Below are positions 27,347 to 38,534 of a stretch of 64,000 nucleotides of DNA, in pieces. Below the pieces are notes generated by a model. The model saw only the letters and a program-made list of their open reading frames with translations. It was not told where the DNA came from and made no database searches. Position 1 is the first letter of the stretch, and each line of letters opens with the position of its first letter. The DNA comes from Octopus vulgaris (taxonomy: Eukaryota), in contig OX597817.1 of the NCBI GenBank assembly GCA_951406725.2, forward strand, positions 33,480,001-33,544,000, in the 5' to 3' direction. A program made the position numbers and the translations under genes.

Positions 27347-27592
27347 ATGGCAGCTAAAATTAAGATCGTCAGCGACGTTATCAGGCCCTTTAATGGTGAG
27401 GGCTATGTAGTATTCTGGATGCGTAAAATCAGGTGTTTTAAATGTCAGGGGTCACACATGGCGAAGGAGTGTACGCAACCGGGGCCCGTCTGCTATCGAT
27501 GCAGGCAGACAGGGCACACCGCCCGTGATTGCGACCAGGGAAACGACCGTGGGGAAGTTGCTGCCTCTCGAACTTTCCCCGCAAACGAGTAG
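27347..27592 (+). CDS. Short (probably internally deleted) Gag with zinc knuckles
   Basis: MAAKIKIVSDVIRPFNGEG...CFKCQGSHMAKEC...CYRCRQTGHTARDC (canonical CX2CX4HX4C). Confidence 0.75.
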   Translation: MAAKIKIVSDVIRPFNGEGYVVFWMRKIRCFKCQGSHMAKECTQPGPVCYRCRQTGHTARDCDQGNDRGEVAASRTFPANE

Positions 27593-28262
27593 AGGCGCTT
27601 TTGGAGACGCTGCCCGTAATTGATGTCGAGGCCGAGGAGAAGACGTTCAAGGCCCTCGTGGATACAGGTTGCACGACCACCCTCGTGACTCCAAGGGTGA
27701 CGAAGAAATGGAATGGGGCGAGTATCGTCGGGGCGGTCGACGGCAGCGAAATCCAATGCAAGGGCAGCAGCAATGTAGAGATAGCGGTGCGAGGCGCGAC
27801 GATAAGGCTGCAGGTAATTGTGATCGAATGCCTGAAAGTCGAGGTTGATGTGGTGATAGGGATGGACGCCATCAACTGCCTCGGTGGTGTTAGTATTGCA
27901 GATGAGGTCACGTTCAGAAGCGTGAGTCAGGATCGCCAGAGAGAGCAGAGCTCCGCGAGGGACTGTGCTGCTTACACCATTCAGGACAAGGATTTTCAAG
28001 CGGGGTTCGATGGTCAGTGGTGGACGATAGAGTGGCGATGGAAAGACGAGCCCCCGATGCTGAAGAACAGGGTGAGCTGGTACCAGCGTACTCTGAAATG
28101 TCACGCCAGGGTCGAGTGCGAAGACGAGGTAGAGAGATGGATCGAGGAAGGAGTCCTTGTTCCGTGGAAGGAGGAGGTGGTGAGCGGAGTGCTACCTCTG
28201 ATGGCGGTGGTGCAGCCGACGAAAGGGGCAAGTCAGACCGGTGCTGGACTTTAGAGAGCTAA
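27538..28262 (+). pseudogene. Pol N-terminus (protease plus truncated RT) in the -1 frame relative to gag
   Basis: ALVDTGCTTTLV active site, VVIGMDAI; frameshift and truncation at the RT start. Confidence 0.8.
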
Positions 28263-28619
28263 GCATCAGTTTTCTAAAATGTTACCTCAGTCATATTTTA
28301 CCTGCAGTCACTGACTTAAAAGATAAGTAGAACATCAATCACATTGCTCTCTCCTGTTTCGGAAGTCTTGTGACGACAATGGACGCAACCACTTTCTCGA
28401 GAGCAATCCATTGAATAAAAGAAAAATGTAATAGCTGGAAGCGCTACATAGTTTTCATAGCTATTTAGTCAGTAACTATTTGGTTTCTTACTGACTGTTG
28501 ACCAATTATGAATCAGTCAGTCAATGCTGCTTTATAATTTCGTTTCAAGAGTGCGCTTACTTCCCAAGCATTCCATGATTGGACGATAAAAACTGATAAA
28601 GTTAATACGATTACTCTTT

Positions 28620-29010
28620 TTTTTTTACTCGTTTCAGTCATTTGACTGTAGCCATGCTGGAGCACCGCCTTTTAGTCGAGCAAATCGACCCCCAGGACTT
28701 ATTCTTTGTAAGCCTAGTACTTATCCTATCGGTGTCTTTTGCCGAACCGCTAAGTTACGGGGACGTAAACACACCAGCATCGATTGTCAAGCGATGTTGG
28801 GGGGACAAACACAGACACACAAATACACACACATATCTATATATACATATATACGACGGGCTTCTTTCAGATTCCGTCTACCGAATCCACTCACATGGCT
28901 TTGGTTGGCCCGAGGCTATAGTAGAAGACACTTGCGTAAGGTGCCACGCAGTGGGACTTAAACCCGGAACCATGTGGTTCGTAAGCAAGCTACTTACCAC
29001 ACAGCCACTC
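28620..29010 (-). mobile_element. SINE family A copy
   Basis: Colinear with 3681-4107. Confidence 0.85.
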
Positions 29011-29864
29011 TTCGATTGATAATAATTCTGATTTTTTCTTTTTCGGATCAGTTGTTGATGGATCAAGTATATGCGCTGAAGCAGTTGACGATTTGAGTAT
29101 CGAGTCTTAGGGCTGAACCAAAGGAATCGTGACGAAGGAAGAGCGAGAAGAATGAGTGGACACAGTTCAGGGCTAAAAAAACCCCAAAAAGGTGTGGTAA
29201 AAGATACCAGGAGAGCACAAGTTAATGAGTAATATTTGACAAAGAAGTATTGCTAAATGAAGCCTATTTATCAGGTGGATGGTCACTTTTGGATGCAGTC
29301 CAGACTGTACAGCCTCTAATTAACAATTAATGAACAGGTTGCCGACATGAAGCAACCAATTTAACAAACTAGCGTCGAAGTGGGACTGATTTCTATTTAT
29401 CTAGTTTCCCAGAGTATTTTCATCGGTTATCTTCAGCATATCTCTATCTCTATTAATTATACATACTGTGAAACTATTACCAACTAATTAAACTGATGCA
29501 AACTATTTGATTTAGTTTGGAGAAGTGTTATTACGTTAAAAAAAAAAAAAAAGATTACAAACACTCTAATGATGTATATGAGTTCTGGTATGATAAATAT
29601 CGATTGCAGCTATAGCCTCACATAAATCATTGAGTCGTTTTAAACAGTTTCCAAATATCAACTGTTCCATCACCAGATATGCTATCGCCATCATAATACA
29701 ACCGATATAGACTACTCACTCCACTCCTTATGGCTGCTATGAAGATCAGCACCACCACCACCAGCAGCATTACAGTAGCTCCTCTTCCTCATACCACCTT
29801 CAAAACCACAACGACAGCGACTATTATCACCACGACAATGACCATCTTCTCCTCCTCCTCCCCC

Positions 29865-30182
29865 TACTACTACTACTACCACCACCACCACCACCACCAC
29901 CACCACTACTACCACTACTACTACTACTACTAACACCACCACCACCACTACTACCACCACCACCACCACTACTACCACCACCACTACCACTACTACCACC
30001 ACCACTACCACCACCACTACCACTACTACTAAACTACTACTACTACTACCACCACCACCACCACCACCACCACCACCACTACTACCACCACCACCACCAC
30101 CACCACCACCACCTACTGCTACTACTACCACCACCACCACAACTACCACAACTACTACTACTACTACTGCTACTGCTACTAC
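29865..30182. repeat. (CAC/TAC)n compound trinucleotide microsatellite
   Basis: Direct reading; explains the poly-V/G/H/Y ORFs. Confidence 0.95.
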
Positions 30183-31182
30183 AATTGATATTGTATCCAG
30201 AAAATGAATTATGACAGTCACAAAAAACATTGACGTTTATTAAGTTTATAATTACCACTCACTGCAAGACATTGAAACGTAGTGGCTAATTTGATTTAAA
30301 CTCACCATCCGCCATAAACAGACAAACGAACCAATAGAATTCAGTTGATTGTTAACTCTGCTAGTTACACTGCATCTCTCAGAGGAGAAGACATCGATAA
30401 AGAATGATTTGAATTGCAATTTAATATTAATCACATAACCGGGACTGTGTATTATCACACATATAATACATGCAGGGATAAACACAAGTAAATACTCACA
30501 CACGAACACATATACAGGCATATAAATATATATATATATATATATTCAGTATGGAAACCAAGAAGATAAGGTCGTCTGCCTAATAGGAAAGCTGTTTAAT
30601 ATTACCAATACATTCCAAACAATGACCTTTTGTTAAGCTATATTTCCCATTTGTCTCGTATACCCACTACGATAGACTGAGTGCTTCTAAACTTACGGAC
30701 CGAGCCACCTCTCCCTACAACTACGCTAACCCAGTGCAACCCCATCTCTGCTCTTTATCGCCCCTACTGCATCGCGCTTTTCAAAGTTTACACTTAACTC
30801 TTTCCCGTTATCTTCCTTTCAAGAACTGCATTTCCCAGGAGCAACAATCTTGTTGCTATTATTTCAGCTCTACAGTGGTCGATTGACAAAGTCGAACGTC
30901 GGATATAAATGCTTTGCGATATTTAATTACAGCACTTTAAGTTCACGGATCAAATCCTGGCAAAATCTTTTTTTTCTTTTATCCTTCTCGAGTTAGATGT
31001 GTGAAGAATATGATACTGGTCAATTACTGGGATTAATGTAGCATACTATATCCTTACACATATCAGAAATCGATATTTCCGTCTGTTTGCGGCAATTGAA
31101 ACTCAATACCATTCGCATTAACCTCATCGTAGTATTTTTTCACTTCACGAGTATGCGAAAAGGTTACGGGTGATGCCACTTA

Positions 31183-31631
31183 CAGTTCTATATTTAAGAG
31201 ATGAGGAATTATGTACATTATTTACATTCAACGGATATTTGTCCTCATCTTGTTTGTTGTTAACACAACGTTTCGGCTGATATACCCTCCAGTCTTCTTC
31301 AGGTGTCTTGGGGAAATTTCGAACTGGGTTCTCATTCCTAAGGTATTTCTCTATGTTATTATAACTACTATTATTATTATTTATTGTTGTTGTTGTTATT
31401 GTTCAGGTCACTGCTTGGAATCGAACTCAGAATCTTGGGGTTAGAAGACTGCGCTCTTAACCACTACGCCATATGCCTGTGGGCATATGGCGTAGTGGTT
31501 AAGAAAAATAACTTAGGAATAAGAACCCAGGTTCGAAATTTCTCCAAGATACCTGAAGAAGGCTGGAGGGTATATCAGCCGAAACGTTGTGTTAACAACA
31601 AACAAGACGAGGTCAAATATCCGTAAATAAT
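31183..31631. mobile_element. Palindromic retroposon: tRNA-like head plus a hammerhead-like module in each arm
   Basis: 13-bp TSD GTGATGCCACTTA (31170-31182, 31632-31644); inverted arms ~31215-31348 vs ~31506-31631; central perfect 23-bp hairpin 31455-31504; box A/B on minus strand. Confidence 0.85.
31548..31593 (+). ncRNA. Putative minimal type I hammerhead ribozyme (mirror copy 31262-31307, minus strand)
   Basis: GA(T/C)AC-CTGAAGA-A-GGCTG..CAGCC-GAAAC-GTT-GTGTT: core boxes, stem II, 5-bp stem I, palindromic AACGTT instead of a monomeric stem III. Confidence 0.6.
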
Positions 31632-32504
31632 GTGATGCCACTTAGTTTAGAAGATAAAAGAATCTTGTTGTAGTGCACAAATATCCTTTGAAGAGAGAAT
31701 TTTGTTTGCTTCTTTCTGTGTTTTAGACAAGATATCTCAGACTATAATAAGCACATTTATAACTGTAGTGTTAGAAGTTCACTTCGTAACTACGTGGTTT
31801 CGAATTCGGTACCAATGCGTGGCAATGTGGGCAAGCGCTTTCTGTTGTAATCTTAAGTCTCAAATGTGCAGTATGGACAGGAGCAGAGACTATCACAGTA
31901 GGAAGAAGAAAGGCCAACAATAATTTTAGATATTCGAGCAAAACAGGAAAAACAAAGAAAAAACAACAATAATAGGCAACGAACCAGATTAACACTTGAT
32001 TCAGTAGATGTTTTTAAAGGTGCGGGTAAAATAATTCGTAATATGGAACAATGGTATACAGTAGTGGAGAGTAGCGGGAAGGGAAGCAGGCAAACGATTC
32101 GTCTTGGATATGTTAAAGGATGAAGGAACTACGAACCAAAAGATCACCCAGACGTGTCTGAAGAAAGGCACAAGAAAGATAAATGGCAGCGGTCGCCATG
32201 GAAATTTATAAAGGATAATGACAAAAGAGAAATGGGAAAATGCAACTTTAGAGCTGCTTTCTGTTACGATAGATCGTATCAGAATTGCTAATCTCTGTGC
32301 AATAATAATACCTAAAAGACTGAAAGATATTGAAACTGAGACTTGCATTGTCACCCTTCAGAAAAGAACCATACTATATTCTGCAAGAATCCGTTTTAGG
32401 ATTCTTGTGATTTGAGGAGACTTGTCACAAAACCCTAAGGCAACATTCCTGCTAAATAAGTTACCATATAGTAACTTCTTAACAACAACAACAACAAAAA
32501 AAGC

Positions 32505-33428
32505 AGATTGAAGAGACGGGCTATAAGCACTTGGGGATTTGGGAAATGAATAAATTGATAGAGAAAGAAATGACAGAAAAATTTAAGGTGGAGTACTTGC
32601 ACAGACTGAGACTGATCCTTAAGTCGAAATTAAACGGACGGAATAAGATCGAAGCTATCAACACCTGGGCGGTTTCACTCCTTAGATATGGCGCATGGGG
32701 TAATCTCATGGACAGTAGACGAGCTAAACAGCTTAGACAGAAAGACAAGGAAGTTGCTAACTAGATATGGGTCACTCCACCAAAAAGTGACACAGACAGA
32801 CTGTATGTACCAAGAAAAAGAGGGGAAGAGGTCTTATTGGATGCGAACACAGCATTACAGCAGAAGAAAACAACGTAGCATGGTATGTAAAAAATTCCAC
32901 ATAACTGCTATTATTAGAAGTAGGAAGGTCAGACCTGTGTAGGATGAAATATTGAAAACGAATGAAAATGAAAATAGGTAGGTAAAGAAAAGAATGCATG
33001 GCCAATTTCATAGGATCGTGTAATCGAACACCGTCGGGCGGATATTATCATATTGAATAATAGAAACAAATACTGTCAGATCATTGATGTAGCCATACCA
33101 AATAACATGAATGTTGTAAGTAAAGAGGTTGAAAAAATCACCAAGTACTCCGAGTTGAAAGTGGAAATGGCAAGGCTGTATGGAATGCGAGAGGGTAATG
33201 TAAAAGTGATACCTGTCGTGATCGGAGCGTTGGGCTCAATCCCATTGAAACTTCAAGACTTCTTAAGGCAATTGGAAATCCCATGCAAGATTGATGTCTT
33301 GCAAAAAGCAACCTTATTGGGCACAGTGTACATCTTAAGGAAAGTATTATCTGTCTGAGGTCATTGCTGTGACTTGACAGATGACTAAATATTCCGGTGC
33401 ATTTTTATCTAGACTATGTCGCGAAGGA
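32505..33428 (+). mobile_element. R4/Dong-like non-LTR retrotransposon 3' fragment (RT C-terminus and RLE endonuclease), frameshifted and deleted
   Basis: EYLHRLRLILKSKLNGRNKIEAINTWAV, LDRKTRKLL, RLYVPRKRGGRGL, MHGQF, HRRADII..IIDVAIP..KEVEKITKY..IPVVIGALG..LQKATLLGT; ends in (AAT)n; further RLE-end scraps ~32200-32415 and ~33940-34250. Confidence 0.85.
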
Positions 33429-33444
33429 ATAATAATAATAATAA

Positions 33445-33925
33445 ATGCCCTGATGCAGTACCAGACTCTCATGGCTTCTGATCTTAATTATCATGTACAT
33501 TGTTTTGTCTTGGTATAAAAGATGGGCTACAGCGAATATTCTACTCATTACCACAGGTTTGCTTGGCCTTAACCAGTTGAACAGGTCCCTTAGCTGATGA
33601 TATGTTCATTTATTTCTGATCACGAGCAGAAGTAGTGGGGATGCATCATAGCCATGTGTTGAGATGAATTCTTTGGGGTTTGAATAATTCACCTCTGGAA
33701 ACATGGGTGTTTCGTTCAACATGTGTAAACAACCCTTATTCAGAAACCTTTTGAGCTGGATGAGCTACTCTACCTGGAGAAAATTCTAACTTGCAAGGTC
33801 AAGCGCTGTTTATCGTAATATGAGATCATGTTCGCACACATGGTTGTGATACATGTGCCTAGCGTACCCTTATCTGACGGGTCGTCATGACAGATATACT
33901 GCGCTTCGTATATTTTACCCCAGTG
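33445..33925. mobile_element. Repeat family E, second copy
   Basis: Homologous to 19752-20283; starts right after the (AAT)n tail of the R4/Dong fragment. Confidence 0.75.
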
Positions 33926-34022
33926 CCATATTTTATCCCAGTAGTTTTAGATGCATTCGGAGCACTAACAACCAAGTTCGATGAATATGTCTGAGAAATT
34001 GGAATTGACATGAGGGTAGAGC

Positions 34023-34183
34023 TACACTCTCGGAGTGGTTGGCCTTAGGAAGGGCATCCAGCTGTAGAAACTCTGCCAGATCAGATTGAAGTCTGGTGCA
34101 GCTATCTGGTTCGCCAGACCTCAGTCAAACCGTCAAACCCATGCTAGCATGGAAAGCGGACGTTAAACGATGATGATGATGAT
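34023..34183 (+). mobile_element. 5'-truncated family D retroposon inserted in an R4-like remnant
   Basis: TSD GTAGAGC at 34016-34022 and 34184-34190; (GAT)n tail. Confidence 0.82.
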
Positions 34184-34555
34184 GTAGAGCATGCCCCCAA
34201 AACTGCTCTATTGGAGACAACTAGGATTTTGAGATTGGTACTTGGGTGTTGAATATCTTCCACGACTTAGTAAAGGAATTTATTTCTAGAGTAGTGCTAT
34301 ACCTTAGCCATTTGTGTTCTGATTTGTAATGTAATGTGATTTACGTTAGCAGAGAATATCATAAGGCGTGGGGTGAAAGATTTCAAAACAATCTCCAAAG
34401 TTCCTGGTAATTACAAAAACAAAACTGGTCAAGTTATGATGGCCACCACGCTGAGAAGAACTGTTTTCGTTAGTTGAACTGTTAATCATCATTAAATGAG
34501 AAGAAATGTTTGGTTATAATTGAATTAATGTCACTATTATTTTGCTATTGATAGA

Positions 34556-34605
<50 letters not shown>

Positions 34606-34765
34606 TGAGAGAGAGAGAGAGAAAAGAAAAGAAAAGAAATGTCTAAAAATGAGAAAGAAAATATGTAGAAAACAAACTTTCGCTAAATTGATATAGAGAA
34701 AAAATGGTTTTTGTTAATAACTTTTGTCTTAGAATTCATTTTGTTTATATTTCTATTTCCTATCA

Positions 34766-34944
34766 GGACAATTACCACCCCCATAGGACAATTCCTCCTG
34801 ACGACAACTACCCCTAACACAATTACCTCCCTTGATTAATTACTCCCCCCCTCCACTATATTAAGGAGTTTTAAATCCTCATCTGTTGTCCTCAGGAGTA
34901 ATTGTCCTTGGGGAGGTGTTATTGTCCATGGCGGGTAAATGTCC
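34766..34944. mobile_element. Foldback/MITE-like element built from GGACAATT-type subrepeats
   Basis: Left GGACAATTACC../GGACAATTCCTCCTGACGACAAC mirrors right GTTGTCCTCAGGAGTAATTGTCC..ATTGTCC..AAATGTCC. Confidence 0.6.
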
Positions 34945-37900
34945 AAGATTCTTTTATTTACATTTTGTTGAAGGAACTTATCATCTTATAAACCCTTTCT
35001 TCCCTTTTCTCTGGAACTGCTACTTTTGTTGTACCCTACATTATGGACGAAATCATAATGGTTGTCATACGTAGTCAGCTGTCTCATGGATTTCGGTTAC
35101 TGAATGTCATCTAATATTTTTAACTTACAGTCGTAAAAAGTATAATTTTGACTAATCATAGATATTATGCAAATTAAATAATTTCAATCAATTTTGGGAT
35201 GCCAATTTGTGGTTGGGAAAATTTATCTCCGTAATAATCAATTTATATTACAAACGATTTCTGTGAGGTTTTCTTTTCTTCGACAGATTAACATGGTTGA
35301 ATAGCTCTTCATGTCATTCTCAGAAGGAAAATATTCCATGAACATATAATTTCCTGCGAAGATATTACGAGAAATTCTGACAATTATTCTATCAAAACTA
35401 TGTATATTTCCATATTTGAGAAAATCATTTATTTGCGAGAGACATCATTACAACGAGTTAGCAGTTATCATACCGTTTCTAGGATCACTGCTTTATATTT
35501 ATTCCTGTGAAAGCAGCAAGGAAATAACTTTGAGAAAAGCTTCTTTTGAAGTCTCTAATAAAATTCCTTATTTATGCGTATTCACCACATTAGTACCTAT
35601 ACGCTAGTTTATGGTAATTGATTGCTTCAACTCATTTAACCTATGTTGTTGCCCAGTCAGTAGAAAATAGAAGTTAAATTCCACCCCATCTCAAATTACG
35701 CTCTACTGCCTTCTGTAAAGAAGCATAAATTGGAGAAAGTTGTCCATGATATACAAAACTATGGTATGTTTACAACTGGAACGTTTTTGGTGGTAAGTTT
35801 GTTTGATTAGGGAAAACCTAACCCTAAGGAATAACAGCAACATGTTTATCTTCACACAACCAACGCTAGTTCAAGCAAATATAAAACATGCATACACCAT
35901 AAGATGGACTTCCTGATGGATTGCCGACCACTGCTAATTAATTCTATTGAATCAACTCTATTGCTCATCCATTGAATATACGCTGCTTATCTCTTCTATT
36001 CTCACCATCAGAACTTTTTTGACTGAAGGATAACTTTGAAAACTAAGTGAACATATTTAGTTAAATTGACCTAATTATGTTGCTGGCCGTTATTTTATCG
36101 ATCTAACAAGATTGAAGGAAAAGTCAACTCACGCATTATTAGAATTCAGAAACGTGAGACTCGGGAGTTACGTTGTATCGTTAAATTCAAAAGAGGTCTC
36201 TGTCTGTTTGTCTGTCTGTCTATCTGCCTCTCTCTCTCTCTGTCTATCTGCATCTCTCTCTCCTCTCCACTGTCTCTCCTCTTCCCTCTCTCTCTCTCTC
36301 AAAACTTGTTGACGGTTGTTTTGTTCCCAAAGCAAAGACCTCAGCAAGACTTGACCAATTCCGGCGGATCTCTCTGTTAGTTGTCGAAAGGAAGATTTTC
36401 TAGTCCACCGTTGAAAGTGATTAACAACATATCTCCTCATCAATTAGATCATTGACACGAATGCCCCCCAAAAGGGGGGAGTCCCAGGCTATTCTGGATG
36501 ACTTGAACATATATAAGCAATCATCCACATCATTAATGAGGCAAACAGAAACAACAACACACTCCTTTGTTGTATAATTATATCTCGTCAAAGCCTAAAC
36601 TAAGTGTGCCTCTCCAGCTAATCCATAATTCACTGGTGTACAATCAAGTACCAGCAGCAGCAGTAGTCGACCTCCTGATGTTGCACATCTATTCGCTGGA
36701 GATGAGATTCACAGGAAAATATCACAACCATATGATAGAGACTTGCAACGAGTATTATGGTCGGGCGCACAATATCCGTGGTCCCACTCTCATTCCCTAC
36801 TGGAGTCGGTTGCTGCGGTTTTCCAGTAAGATCAGTGCACAGTTTTCTGTTGAAGATTGGTTTGGAACCCAAACAACTGAGGAAAACCAACTAGAAGTTA
36901 GCCAGGGTAGCTAAGACGAGTTCAAGTTGGTTGTGGTTAACAAACGACCACAGATAGAATCCCTCTGTAAGCAAAGGCTAATTCAGTTCTTGCTGCCCCA
37001 CTACGGCAAAGTGTACAAGCTAAGAGGCGAAACAGATGTGACCTTGAGATATCCACAGAAGACACGGAACGGCTTTTCAACATTGCAATGGCTTTAGTTA
37101 CAATCAGAAAAAGCTTGCAATATCTTTAAGTAGCTTCTGCAGTTCTAGTCAATGGACTATTGTCATTCTGGGGTATAGCCTTCAAAAACACTTCAAGTTA
37201 CTTAAATCAACGTCCAGTAAAAATCCTGTAACTATTCTATCCATATCTATTTATCGAATGGCTGAGTTCAACAACAGATTTTCGTACATATAGGGAATTA
37301 CTTTAGCTTACCGAGTTACTTTCTCTTAGCGGGTGAATGCGTTAGAAAGAAAAGGGATGGAGAACAACGCTCTCCTGCCTTACATCCCTCTCCTAATGTG
37401 TAATATTCTCAGAACTATATCAAACATTTTGCAAATATTTTTCTCTCTCAAGCAAAGACTTTCACACACAACGTCAGGTTTCTTGTCTCCCCCACGTCAT
37501 ACGGGCTTATAAAAATTTACTAAATTATTTTTGCCGACAAATCACTACTAATTTCTTTGGACATTAAAAAAAAAGATTCTTTTTGTATATGTGTATGTGA
37601 GTGTGTGTCAAAGCTGGTAGAAGTGTATGTATCTGTTTGTCTTTCTCTTCAACTCTCTCTTCTTGGTAATCTTTTAAAAATCTCCAACAAAATCCAATAA
37701 CAAATAAAACAGACACACAAACAAATAATGCAGAAAATTTGAAACCAGCTCATAATCTAACCACCTCAACAAAGCGTTAAGGAATTCGCAAAACTACAGC
37801 GGAATGAAAAAATCAATAGGAAATTAAAAACTATCATACATTTGTTATGTTTACAAATATTGACTCGATTCAAACAAATAGCCGCCTCTGTTAATGCTTG

Positions 37901-38054
37901 TCTCTCGTATAAATGATCGTTTATAGAATGACGAATGCAGAACTATTAATGAAATGAAACATTAACAGCTGATACTGCTCTTAATGGCTCATTGTTGGAA
38001 ATTATACTTCGAAAGGAAGCTATAGTGAGGAAACAAAATAACAGCGTGTGTGTC

Positions 38055-38061
<7 letters not shown>

Positions 38062-38125
<64 letters not shown>

Positions 38126-38200
38126 TATATATATGTACATATATATATATATACATTATATATATGTACATTATATATATGTACGTTATATATATGTACG

Positions 38201-38232
<32 letters not shown>

Positions 38233-38299
38233 CATATGTACGTTATATATATATATATACATATGTACGTTATATATATATATATATACATATGTACGT

Positions 38300-38331
<32 letters not shown>

Positions 38332-38460
38332 CATATGAATATATATATATATACATACATATGAATATATATATATATACATATATATGAATATATATAT
38401 ATATATATATACATATGAATATATATATATATATACATACATATGAATATATATATATAT
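38062..38460. repeat. Complex (TA)n array with GTACGT/GTACAT/CATATGA variants
   Basis: Direct reading. Confidence 0.95.
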
Positions 38461-38534
38461 AACTTACTTAGAATAACTTAGAAAGGTTTTGGCCATGTCT
38501 AACTTAATAGCACCACCTGGTGAAGTCTTTCAGT

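Larger units (their letters stand above)
27026..28262 (+). mobile_element. 3'-truncated Gypsy/Ty3-type LTR retrotransposon (probable 5' LTR from TG at 27026, gag, protease, start of RT)
   Basis: Sharp GC/CpG-rich island; gag zinc knuckles; aspartic protease LVDTG; RT start (VRPVLDFREL after a frameshift near 28225); LTR 3' end and PBS not identified. Confidence 0.85.

Noticed and set aside
29712-30230. 172-aa poly-Val/Gly ORF
   Set aside because: Trinucleotide microsatellite with no other coding signal
36400-37560. Possible highly decayed LINE remnant on the minus strand (similarly ~15200-16330)
   Set aside because: Composition is suggestive but I could not read convincing diagnostic motifs
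37946-38438. YIYI/ICIY-rich ORFs (also ~13265, ~42630, ~57660, ~59200)
   Set aside because: Translations of (TA)n/(CA)n microsatellites
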